This document shows, piece by piece, positions 14,762 through 31,305 of a stretch of 64,000 nt of DNA. Location: assembly GCA_964016885.1 (NCBI GenBank), contig OZ024747.1:88846001-88910000 (forward strand), in the 5' to 3' direction. This DNA comes from Eledone cirrhosa (taxonomy: Eukaryota). Within the stretch, counting starts at the first letter, position 1. Every line of letters begins with the position of its first letter. The position numbers and the translations under genes are program-made. Below the pieces are notes generated by a model. It saw only the letters and a program-made list of their open reading frames with translations, did not search any database and was not told the origin of the DNA.

Positions 14762-16189
14762 AGTAATAATAATAAAATTGAAGACTAAAATCCAAAGAGG
14801 GCTCGATAAGGAAAATGTATATCAAATATATAAGAACCGTAGAGCAAATATTTATTAAAATAGCAGATTAAAGTTTAAGCAAAGAATCGCTGCTTTCACC
14901 CTTAACGGGATCTTCTGAAACTAACAAAGTCAATCTGTAAACGCAGAACTGGATATTTCAAAAAACGTTGCAACCGGAGGAAGACAGGAAGACGATACTT
15001 TGGTTCGTGGGAACGTTCGCTGGCAAAGAACGGGAAAAAACAAATATTACGTCATTAATAGGAGCGGTGAAAAACAATTACGCGCAAAGACAGAACCACG
15101 TTTATGGTATAAAAGAGGTCGTAGACTAAAGTTCTCTTAGGTGGTGCATAGAGACGTTCTCTGGCAATGAACGAAAAAACGAAGATAATAAGTCATATGT
15201 GGAGCGTGGACAACAATAGCTCGCAAAGACAAAACCACGTAAATGGTATAGCAGAAGTCGTAGACTAAACTTCTAACTAGGAGACCAAATGAATCTCCGC
15301 TACAGAGTTAAGAACAAAGTAAATAAATACAATACAGAAGTAATAGAAACAAATAAATACATACACGCAAACAGATACGTACATACACAAGCATACGCAA
15401 AACCTTACCATTGGTATACAAAACCATGCACATGTAAATATGTGTGTATGTGTATGCTTGTGTGCAAATAAATAAATAATTATATAAACGTATATAACAA
15501 GCGCACACACATACCTACATGTAAATACACGAATGTTCGGAGACGTAAGTCAACTAAAACAAGAAGTACACATATACACACACCCACCATACGTACGAAC
15601 CTGCATACTCACGCAGACGCAAAACTCCCGTATACACATAGCCAAACCCTAAATACCAGACTATGTAAAAATTATACGCCAAACAGTCAAATATACGTAC
15701 GAGAAGGTATACATACCTTCACAAAACATACGGGTAATATATACTTACCTATGCAAATAAGTAAAGGAATAAACAAAACATATACTTAGCTCCCACATCA
15801 AGACGTAAAATATCCACGTATAGATCGTGCTATCCGTTAGGGTATAACGTGGGGCTGTAATACAGGAAAGTTTTGTGCAATTTATGTTTACAAACCGAAA
15901 TTGCCTCAGATTTTTTGTTTAAGATGTGGTCTGTGGCGTAGAGTATTTCCAGGGCCTCAGCGGCGCAGAGGTCACATGGTCTTTTATTTCCGTTATACGA
16001 TCTAGCCCTAGCTAGGATCTTCCAGTGTAACTTATATTGGGTGTGGTTGTCTTTTAGACTCCAGATATAAGCTGAAAGTGACGTCATATTCCTTCTTAGA
16101 GGGTAACAAAAAGAATGGGTATGCATGTAAAGACGCTGCTTGAAACTATTGGCGGTTAACCCTATGTAGGCCCTACGGGACGTGAGTGT
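14762..16189 (-). mobile_element. Penelope-like element copy 1: 5'-truncated, GIY-YIG endonuclease C-terminus plus about 1.07 kb of 3' region
   Basis: Minus-strand frame [23 protein letters not shown]...[12 protein letters not shown]...[14 protein letters not shown], stop at 15830. Flanked on both sides by (TA)n arrays and closely similar to 17501-18863. Confidence 0.9.
14872..14922 (-). ncRNA. Variant type I hammerhead ribozyme motif in PLE copy 1
   Basis: Minus strand reads AGTTT-CAGAAGA-TCCCGTTAAGGGT-GAAA-GCA...TGCT-T-AAACT. Stems I-III can be drawn; the core is CAGAAGA instead of CUGANGA. Confidence 0.6.
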
Positions 16190-20317
<4,128 letters not shown>

Positions 20318-20612
20318 TTCTTTCTCTTATGATCAGGTTAGAGTGAAATCCATTTAATACATGAAATCCAGTATATAATTCTGTAATGTTAGACAGGCAG
20401 AATATCTGCTAACTTCCACGTTCAATGTATCTATTAATACTAACAATTCCAAAAGACAGTTCACCCCCAGAAGGCATAAAATACATTGCTTATGAAACCA
20501 AACTACAGCACATATATTCACATTAACTGTTGGTTTGCCTTTTATGAATGGACAGTTTTAAGAGCTATTTTATTTGAGTGAGTGTCTATATATATATATA
20601 TATGTATATATA

Positions 20613-20658
<46 letters not shown>

Positions 20659-21179
20659 TATATATATATATATATACACACATCTATATATTTCAAACAA
20701 AGTGAGTTTTCACATTAAAATCTTTATTGATTATACATAGTTACGAATGTTTCAGAGATGGGTGGCTCAAGTTCTATATTGATGCTATAGACCCAACGCC
20801 AGCTTGATAAATATATATATATACATACATACATACGTAGCCCAAAGTGCAACATAGGACACTTACCAAAGTGTTACATAGTGAAACAGAACCTGAAACC
20901 AGGTGATTGTAAATCAAACCCCTTTACCACAAAATCATGCTTGTAAAGTAAACCCCTAAATCACAAGGCCATACTTGTACCTATACAGGTAAAATTCTGT
21001 TATAACGAATTCCATTATAACAAATTTTTCAGTATAACAACATTTTTTTCAATCCACAATTTAATAACAAACGCTTGCTTTGTTTCAGTCGATCTCATTA
21101 TAAAGAATTTTTCATTACAATGAAATTTTTTTTAATACTCTGTGAATTTCGTTATAATGGAATTATAACCATATAGTAA

Positions 21180-21335
21180 ACCCCTTAACCACAAGGCCAT
21201 GCTTGTACCTCTATTTTAAAGTGAACCCCTTCACCACAAGGCTATGCTTGTACCTCTATTTTAAAGTGAACCCCTTAACCACAAGGCTATGCTTGTACCT
21301 TTATTTTAAAGTGAACCCCTTCACCACAAGGCCAC
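21180..21335. repeat. 45-bp tandem repeat, about 3.4 units
   Basis: AACCCCTTAACCACAAGGCTATGCTTGTACCTCTATTTTAAAGTG units. Confidence 0.85.
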
Positions 21336-21735
21336 TGAACTGATAAGTTTACTTCTGCCTATTATTTTTTTTTTTACATCTAATTTAAAAAAAAAAAAGA
21401 ATGTTTAAAATCACCACCACCATCACCACTACCAACGATACCATCACCATCACTATCACCACAACGACCACCACCACCACCACAACTACCACCAACATCA
21501 CCACTACCACCACAACTACCACCAACATCACCACCACCACAATCCCCACCACCATCAGTACCATTGAACAATGATGGTGGTGATGGTGGTGATGATGATT
21601 TAAACATTCTTCTATTTAGATAAAATAACAAATTATTATGAATACTTTATGACCTGAGAAGTTTTTTGTTTTTGCATATTTAGTTTTAGACAGGGAGTAC
21701 AACTAATGTATTTGAAGTAATTTATTAAACTTTGG

Positions 21736-21766
<31 letters not shown>

Positions 21767-21779
21767 GTGTGTGTGTATG

Positions 21780-21830
<51 letters not shown>

Positions 21831-21887
21831 GTGTGTGTGTGTATGCATGTAAATGTGTGTATGTATATATATATATATATATATATA

Positions 21888-22175
21888 AACGTGGTTGGTG
21901 TTGGGAAGGGCACCCAGCTGTAGAAAACCCGCCAGACGTGTAGGTGTCACGACAAAAAAATCACACAGTCTACGCTGTAATGTGGCCATGCAGGTAACAC
22001 GGTAAAAACCTCCCAGTCCACACTGTAAACGTGGTTGGTGTTAGGAAGGGCGTCCAGCCGTAGAAAACCCGCCAGACAGTCCTATACGAGCAGGACAACC
22101 AATCTTGCCTCAAGTGGGAAAACTCCCGTCCAAACCCATGCAAGCGTGGAAGATGGACGTTAAACGATGATGATA
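21888..22175 (+). mobile_element. SINE with an RTE-like 3' end and (GAT)n tail; many copies in the window
   Basis: GTGGTTGGTGTTAGGAAGGGCGTCCAGCCGTAGAAAA...CCCATGCAAGCGTGGAAGATGGACGTTAAACGATGATGAT. Related pieces at about 11215-11586, 13229-13282, 30706-30935, 40620-40742, 51596-51900, 53969-54110 and 57780-58340. Confidence 0.75.
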
Positions 22176-22212
22176 TATATATATATACATACATAATAAA
22201 CAACACAATATA

Positions 22213-22290
22213 ATTATTTCATTACCAAAGGTTTCGAGAAACTAGATGATTCTTGCAGAAACATCTAGCTCATTCATCAGACAAAACAAT
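22213..22290 (-). ncRNA. Type I hammerhead ribozyme, canonical core
   Basis: Minus strand reads ATTGTTTTGT-CTGATGA-atgagCTAGATG...CATCTAGtttctc-GAAA-CC-ttt-GG-TA-ATGAAATAAT. Stem I is 10 bp with three GU pairs, stem III is short, and the cleavage triplet is GUA. Confidence 0.75.
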
Positions 22291-22319
22291 CACACACACA
22301 CACACACACACACACACAT

Positions 22320-22540
22320 TTTAAACGATCGACTTTCGTCAAATCGGACCGAGGAAACAATGTTTCCGTTGGTCTTTCCAGCTGCTAATACTATCTATCG
22401 GTCGCAACTCCAGGTAGGAGGAGCAACGTGAAATAAAGTGCCTTGCTCAAGGACATAACGCATCGCCCGGTCCAGGAATCAAACTCACAACCTCAAGATT
22501 GTGAATCCAATTCTCTAACCACTCAGCCACATGCCTTCAC
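22320..22540 (-). mobile_element. Second tRNA-derived SINE family; other copies at 5699-5800(+) and 62438-62585(+)
   Basis: GTGAAGGCATGTGGCTGAGTGGTTAG (A box) ... GAGTTTGATTCC (B box) ... GTCCTTGAGCAAGGCACTTTATTTCAC. Confidence 0.75.
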
Positions 22541-25500
22541 ATATATATATATATTGAAAAATAAGCCATATCACATTTACGTGCACTCTATACTATATAT
22601 ATAGAGAGAGAGCATTCCATTGTTTTAACCTGACTTCTGAAGTGCTTTTTATATTTAGTAAAGTCCCACAAGAGAAAAGATCAGATTAACACTGTAGGAG
22701 TTTTCTTTATGAAAATTACTAATGAGTTAATAACATTAGAACAGCATCTGTTTCAGATTACATTCCCTGGAGAAAAATCTATAATTATTGAGATGGATAG
22801 TATAGAATATACAACATTTACTTGCTGTTGTTATATATAATTCTACAATGAAGCAGGTAATAGGTTTCAGCAATTTGAACTAATTATCTTAATAATATTT
22901 GTGACTTTCTAAAATAGCAAAACGATAAATAATTCAACAAAAGTTCTGTCTTCTGTATCGATTTTTTCATGCCTTTAGTTTTTATTTTTCTGAACTATGA
23001 AGACATTCATTTTTCTTCAAATGTTAAATAATAAACAAAGCTAAATTTTAGGATAATTAAATCGATCCCAGTGTGTTACTGGTATTGTATTTTATCGACC
23101 TCATAAGAATGAAAGGCAAAGGCAACCTCAACAGGATTTGAACTCATAACGTAAAGGGCCATTACTCAATGCCATAAAACGTCTGATGCTCTACCGATTC
23201 TGCCAATCCACCACCCTAGCCAATCCACTGCTTTGATATTATTGGACAGACAGTTCCCTTTCCTGTGTAGAAGGGATACAAAATATGTTTTGCATTTTCC
23301 TTTTTCATTTTTTTCTCTTGCAAGCTGTCACTTTTGTTGGGAGGAGGGTGGAGGTGGAGACAAATGCCTTTCACGATAGCTTCTCAGTCTAATGCTTTGT
23401 GAGTTAATTTCAGTTAGTGGAAACTATAAGTCCCTTATACTCTACATACACTCATGACATCATATCTGTTATCCTCTCTTCTTCCTCACCTGTTGCCTAA
23501 ATCAGAAACCATTATTTAACATTTGAAGAAAAATGAATGTCTAAGAGTTCAGAAAAATAAAAACTCTTGTTTACATTCCAACCTTGCTCCAAATAGGGTT
23601 TTTAAAGGTAAATCAATGTTTCCTTATTTTCACACACCAATGCAGTTTCAGTAATACAATATTTTTAGCCAATAACTTGGCTGGTTGTGTGGCACCTAAA
23701 CAACTAAATCATCTGTGCTCTCATGTTAACCGTTTCATTACCATATTTTTAATTAAACCCACTGCTCTGATTATCAAATAATTTTGAAAATAATCAAACA
23801 TTTGGAAAGATTTAATAATATGAAACATAACTTAAACGTTATTGTTTGAAAAATTATGACAGAAGGTGTTTAGATAAATATAGAAACTTTTAAATAAGCA
23901 GTTTTGTTTTTTCATAAAACCAGAACTGTTGCAGTCAGTTTAGTATCAAAAGAGCTAAAGTATTACACATAGAAAAACAAATTAATTATTTTAGATGTGA
24001 GCATGAAGATGGTTGGTAGTAGTGTTCCCTCTAAGTTGTGTGTGTATGCACATGAACACATTTTGCAGCTAGTACACAAAAGACATTATTGTACTCTCAA
24101 AAGGTTAGCTGCCTAAAATACTGAAGTAATTAATAATTTTAATTTCATACATTCGGTGAACACATGCTTTTGTCTAGGGGAAAATATTTATTCAGTATTA
24201 GATTTTTGCACATAGTTACTACAAAAAAAAAAAATGAAAAGCTAAAATATTAGTTGATTGGTATATAAGATGAACTGATAAAGGATCCAGTGGGGCTAAA
24301 CATTTCAAGTTCAAAGACTACATAGAGAATTAGTTCATTTTAATAAACTGCCAAGCTTAATTATTTCTGGTAAAGAGTAGAATCAATGGAATCAACTTCA
24401 CTGTATTTTTAGTTGTTTTTTCATAAACCAGAAAAAGGTGAAAGGGGAAGTGGACCTCACAGACTTTTGAATTAGGAAAATTATTTAAATCTGCTGAACT
24501 AGTGCTGTGAATAATGATGGCAATAGTGTTGAATGTATTTAATTTCTTTAGTCCAGGATTTGTATGTCATATATTAATCAGGATAACCAGATATATGAAG
24601 AATTATAGAAACTTGGAATTTTGTATTTTGATAAATTTATGGTTTGTATAAGAGAAACCCTATAGTTTATTATTTAAGAATATAGTTGCCTTGCACTAGA
24701 TTAAAAAAAATATGATATATTTATTTTACAACTATATTTAAATATAACATATAACTTGGAAAATTAATCACACATACTAACAAATAAAAAATATGTTTAC
24801 ATGGTTGGACTTGATACCAGATAAACTTTTTTTTTAATTTAGTTATCTCTCTTGTTTGATTTCCTTCTAGATCTTCTGTCTGTATTAATCCATTAAACTG
24901 CCCATCTTGAATTAGTCTTTAGTTCACAAATCATATACTTAGTAAAGTGGGAATACATTCATTTAATGATTGTGTTAATAACTGTGTTTATTGCAATACC
25001 TATTGCTGATATAATTGATTCACTAATTATAATTATAGATAGGAAATATATATATCTAGTCATCTTATCAGATTTCTTGAGAGATTAAGTGGAATACTGA
25101 GATATTTTAATCAATGAAACAAAACTTCTACATCATAGCTGAAGAATTACTTTTAATTAATATTTTAGTTTGTCATTGTTGTCCATAAATCTGATTTACT
25201 GAATATAATATTACACCATGTATATTTGTATATATATTTATTTTTGGTCTGTAATGTTGACATCGCAGCATCTTAAAATTTACAAACACATGCATATAAA
25301 TATACAAACATATACATAAATATATGCATACAGACACAAAATCTTTTGAGAAAATAAAATTTGGCATTTTGTGTTACAGCTCTCTCTCTCTGTATGTATA
25401 TATATATATATATATATGCTTCGTTTTTTTGGCTCCGGTAGCTGATGGCTTCACGACCACTGTTTTCATTTTATCTGGCCTTTATAGCGTATGTTAATTG

Positions 25501-25609
25501 CTCTGGTCTTCTTTTAGTCCATTGAGCGCTTGCCGCATATCTCGAAGATTGCGTTTCATTTTGTTTTTGGCCCCCACCGAAATACGATCTCGCTGAAATT
25601 ATATTTATA

Positions 25610-25730
<121 letters not shown>

Positions 25731-26269
25731 TAGAAATAGAAGCTTTCACAGTATTTTGACGAAAGAAATTAGCCTGATAGTGGGGTTTAAAACCCTCTAA
25801 ATGGAAAAGATTGAGTATTGACGTACATGGGAGTTGAACCCACATCTTTGTAACTACCGTTACACCAACACATCACCCAGCCCCTTTCCATTCAAATTAG
25901 AAGTTATATATTCATAGTAAGTATGACAAAGCAAGCGTCTGTTTTGAAGACAATAGTAGAAATAGAAGCTTTCGCTGTATTTTGACTAAAGAAATTAGCC
26001 CATCCTCTCTCCAGGTCTGAACATAGCCAATTTCTCCCAGAGAAGGAGATAGAAAGGGAAAGAGTGGAAGTGATCAAGAGATGTAGTGCAAGAATCGATC
26101 CCAGAACTCGACTAGACTGGTACTTTTTATTGATCTCAAAACTTTGAAAGGTAAAGTCAGCCTTGGTGGGATTTGAACTCAGAGAAAGCAGACAGCCAAA
26201 AGCTGAAATGAATACCACAAAACATTCTAGCTAATGCTCTAACAACACTGCTAATTTGACAGCTCTCTG

Positions 26270-26538
26270 CAGAGGCATAATCAGGGTATGGCAAGCATGT
26301 CACATGCCATGGGTGTCACATGAAAGGGGCACCACTTGAATTAGGAGCACGTTCTATTAAAGTCAAATAAGCCTCATCAGAGAGTGAAAAAAGAAACTCC
26401 TTCAGATATATGATCTGTCTATGATTATCATTAAACCATTTTTATAAATTATTAGGCTCATAGATAAAAATACAGTGCTGGGTAGGAGCACAATTTCACT
26501 GCTTGCCATATGTGCTATATTCCCTAGTTATGCCTCTG
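26270..26538. mobile_element. hAT-type MITE
   Basis: CAGAGGCATAA ... TTATGCCTCTG terminal inverted repeats; 8-bp flanks GCTCTCTG and CCTTTCTG match at 6 of 8 positions. Confidence 0.7.
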
Positions 26539-26987
26539 CCTTTCTGTATCTACATCTATCTATATAACTATGTGTCTTATTCCAATATAAAACAATCAAA
26601 TCAAGAAGGAAAAAAACAATGACTAGTGTGTAATATTAGTTCTGTGTCTATGATTAAAATACAATACAATATAATTTACTAGTTTCATTTCATGTTGAAT
26701 GTTTCCAGAAAATGTTACTTTCTGCTCCCAAAGGTGACTCAGAAATAGGAGAGTTGTTTATTGATCCCTGTTGGAAGGATATAAAAACCTCCAAGGACCA
26801 GATTAGATATAACCTATAATACATAGTATTTACTAATGGACTAATCTATAATTAAAGGGTTTGCATGCCAAATAGCTATGTGCATGACCATGTATATCTG
26901 TAGATGTGGGTGGGTGATGAGAACATTGACAACTTTGGGTGTATATAATTATAAAAACATCCAATTCACAAACACACACACACATCC

Positions 26988-27060
<73 letters not shown>

Positions 27061-27183
27061 CTCAAAATACACTGTCTCTTAATTAATTAATTTGGGATTT
27101 CATTTCGATTGAGCAGGCAGTTTTCAAAATACACATACTTGCACACATGAATGGATATACATATATGTGTTTGTATGTGTGTG

Positions 27184-27271
<88 letters not shown>

Positions 27272-27463
27272 GAGGGAGGGGGGGAGAAGCTGATCATTAG
27301 ATTGGGCCTAGGAAACAATGTTTCCCTTGGTAATTCCATTACTGATATTATCAGCCAGTTGCAATTTCTGGCAGAAGGAATGATGTGAAATAAAGTATTT
27401 TGATCAAGATCACAGTGTATCACTGTCTCATGGAATCAAAACCATGACACCCCACTCGCTCTT

Positions 27464-27524
<61 letters not shown>

Positions 27525-27526
<2 letters not shown>

Positions 27527-27715
27527 TTAAAATAACAGGTTAAAGTTTAAGCGGAAAGGAAAATTTTCTGGAAACATTCAACATGAAATGAAACTAGTAA
27601 ATTATATTGTATTGTATTTTAATCATAGACACAGAACTAATATTACACACTAGTCCTTGTTTTTGTCCTTATTGAGCCCTCTTTGGATTTTAATCTTCAA
27701 ATTTATTATTATTAC
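27525..27715. mobile_element. Mini PLE derivative: both termini of the local PLE family flanking an inverted copy of 26601-26726
   Basis: Left end ATTAAAATAACAGGTTAAAGTTTAAGC matches 17501-17527. Right end TCCTTATTGAGCCCTCTTTGG...ATTATTATTAC matches 20051-20100. The middle is the reverse complement of 26601-26726. Confidence 0.85.
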
Positions 27716-27839
27716 TATATATATGTATTTATATATAGTTTAGCAATTGTAACATCAAGTTACTGTTGGTTCACCAAATTAAGCACCCGATGTATAGTTT
27801 CCAGTATGTACTTTGGGGTTGTACTAAGGAGAGTATAAT

Positions 27840-28350
27840 AATAATGTTCCTACTTTTGGCACAAGGCCAGCAATTACCCAGTGTATTACTGGTACTTTAT
27901 TTTATCGACCCCTTACGGATGAAAGGCAAAGTTAACCTCGGTGGGAGTGTAATCATTTCTACTTTTGGCACAAGGCCAACAATTACCCATTATCCAGTAC
28001 ATTACTGGTACTTTATTTTATGGACCCCATAAGAATTAAAGGCAAAGTTAACCTTGGCGCGATTTGAACTCAGGCCGTAAAGGGATGTAACTCTATGCTA
28101 GAAAGCATTGCATCCAACCCTCTACCGATACTGCCAATTCACTGCTCTTGTAATAATAATAATTGTTTCTACTTTTGGCACAAGGCCAGCAATTATCCCA
28201 GTGTATTACTGGTGCTTTATTTTATCGACCCCGTAAGGATGAAAGGCAAAGTTAACCACGGCGGGATTTGAACTCAGACTGTAAAGAGACGTAACTCTAT
28301 GCTGGAAAGCATGGCATCTGACCCTCTACCGATACGGCCAATCCACCACC
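27840..28350 (-). mobile_element. Tandem cluster of three SINE copies, same family as 1571-1755
   Basis: Three repeats of TTTCTACTTTTGGCACAAGGCCAGCAATT...GTACTTTATTTTATCGACCCC. Confidence 0.8.
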
Positions 28351-28853
28351 CTTGTAATAATAATAATAAGCATGGACGAGGTGTCAAATTTTCATTACAT
28401 TTATTCAGGTGTGATGTACATTTCGCTATTGATCAGCTCAAGGTTTGATCTCTATCGGTCGGGCCCGAATCTGGAATCAAAAGCTCATTAGACTTCTTTT
28501 AGCACAATGACGGAATGATTCCTGTTACGGACCCAATCAATAGAGCTGATCAATCACGAAATACGTGTCATGCCAGCGTGGTAAAATGGACATTAAACGG
28601 TGCTGTAGATGATGATGATATATATGTAGTCAAAACTATGTAGTTACAGAGTTTGCCTTGCAATCATGTGATTCCAGGAAGTGTTATCTGCTATAATCTT
28701 GAATTGAGTGTAAACTGGTTGATGCTGTCGTGGATTGTTAATCAATTCATATATTCATATAGAGCTTGTAAGCCATAATAGACTGAGGGAAGTATGTAGT
28801 ACTTCTTACAGTTGAGAAAAAGAAAAAAAAACAAGATAGACAGAGATAAGTAA

Positions 28854-28884
<31 letters not shown>

Positions 28885-30944
28885 TTTAACCCTTTAGCAT
28901 TTAAACCGACCATATCCGGCCAGAATTCTCTCACCTCTTTCTGTTCAAACCAACTGTAACTGGCCACTCATACTGATATTAAGGTATTGTTCTCAAAATA
29001 AATAACATCAAAATCTCATAGATTCAATATTATGTAAGATAATTATGTAAGATAAAGCCTTTACCGCGAAAATACAATAGTAAATATAGAGTAATGTAAA
29101 GGCCACTGGGAGGTAAAAATGAACATTAAAAAAAAATAAAGAAAAAATGGAAAACAAGGGAAGCTGTAAAGCTGCTAGAAGTTTCTTTTATTGAGTCTTT
29201 TTGTAACCTCCATATATTCAAAGATTTTATTTGTACTCTCAGATCCCAAGTAATAGGGGGATGGTTGGAATAAGCAGAGGGGAGTTGGAGTAAACAGGGT
29301 GGTTGGAATAAGCAGAGGGGAGTTGGAGTAAGCAGGGTGGTTGGAATAAGCAGAGGGGCATTGGAAAATCGATCATTTTTCTAGGTTGTCTCTGTTGATT
29401 TTTTAAAAACCAGAATTAGTTGTTTAGTTTACATATTGAGATCCAAACCCATCCTATTTAATAGATTTAAAACATTTAAGCAAGCCATATGAAAAGAATT
29501 TGTTTTTACCAGTTAATCAGAAGGAAGGACAGTGCCTAAGACCGCTTTCCTGACATACAAGACTAATTTCAAACCAGAGACCTGACCTAAATGTTTTCAA
29601 TAGAGTGAGTTCCACCTGAATACACCCAAGGGCTAGATGGGTCTTGACCCTTTAGAATTTACATTACTCTATATTATATTTTCATGGTAAAGGCTTTACC
29701 TCACATAACTGTCTCACATAATATTAAATCTATGAGATTTTGTTGTTATTTATTTTGAGAACAATACCTTAACACCAGTATGAGTGGCTGGTTACAGCCG
29801 GTTTGAACAGAAAGAGGTGAGGGAATTTTGGCTGGATGCCCGGTTTAAATGCTACTACTCAGAATTCAAAATGTAAAGAGCTGAAACAAATATTATAAAT
29901 CATTCCATCTGATTCTTTTACAATTCTGCAAGTCCACTACTCTAGACTGATAACTTCATCTATTGACCTTAGAAGGATGAAAAGTAATGTTGACAACAGT
30001 GAGATTTCTACTAAGATCCTCAACTGATGGTCTAATACTTCTACCAATTCACTTTACAACTATAACTCTTGAATAACAAACATGCAGCTTGTCCTAGACT
30101 GGTTTAGTATTGGTTTAACCATTCAGTCTACTGAGATATGGAGTATCCTGTTCCTTCTTTAGTTTCTTACTACTATCTAATAGTATTCTCTATTAAGTCT
30201 TTCACTACCAGTGTGTGATATATTGGTCTGTAAACAGCTTTAATAGAAGTATAGTAGCCCACCGAGTAATATAATTCAGTATTAGCAGTGACAAAGGAAA
30301 GATGTTACAAGTATTTATAATTGAATTATTGTGAATTGCTAATAGGTAATTTACTTACAGTAAATACATTTATCAAATCAATACTTTATGCAATGCACAT
30401 TTAGCATAGTGTGAAAATGTGGTCTCAGAATTTATTATTGTGCAACTAACATGACATCTCCATAGGAGAAATAGATATTTCTTAATATGACACGTATCTT
30501 TTAGCAAATGAAATTAAATGTTTTGCTTAAGAACTGAAGGAAAGTGTAATCACGTGAATGAGATGAATAATATTATAATTTCAAAGCTCTGTTTTTGTTT
30601 TTTTTATGGAATTTAGTAAACTTAGTATCTCAGGAATAGTTGTATTATTGATTTATTTTCTTGGAATAAAGTTAGGAAATGCATTTGAATGATTAAAAAT
30701 ACCACCATTATCATCATCAGTGTTTAACATCCATTTTCCAGGTTAGCATGGGTTAGACGGTTTGTCCCATTCGAGGCAAGTTGGGTCAGATGACCATGTC
30801 TTACTCATACAGAACTGTTTCTGGCTGGGTTTCTATAACTGGATGCCCTTCCTAACACCAGCCACATTTAAAGTGTGGGCTGGGTGCTTTTGTCATGACA
30901 CCCACACGACCACTTTACAGTGTGGGCTGGATACCAACATTACT

Positions 30945-31305
30945 AATTAAATCAACCTTAGTGTGTTACTGGTACTTTATTTTATCAATTCCTTAAGGAT
31001 GAAAGGTAAAGCTAACTTCAATGGAATTTGAACTTAGAATGTAAAGGGACATAACTATATACCACCAAACATATTGTCCGACACTCTACAGATACTGGCA
31101 ATCCAAGGCCATTATTTGATATGAGAATTGGCAGTATTGGTAGAGGGTCGGACATGCTTTCCAGCATAGTTACGTCCCTTTATGTTCTGAGTTCAAATCC
31201 CGCCGAGGTTAACTTTGCCTTTCATCCTTACGGGGTTGATAAAATAAAGTACCAGTAATGTACTGGGTAATTGCTGGCCTTGTGCCAAAAGCAGAAACAA
31301 TTATT
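30945..31305. mobile_element. Head-to-head SINE pair (30945-31105 minus, 31126-31305 plus)
   Basis: Same SINE family in opposite orientations, about 20 nt apart. Confidence 0.75.
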
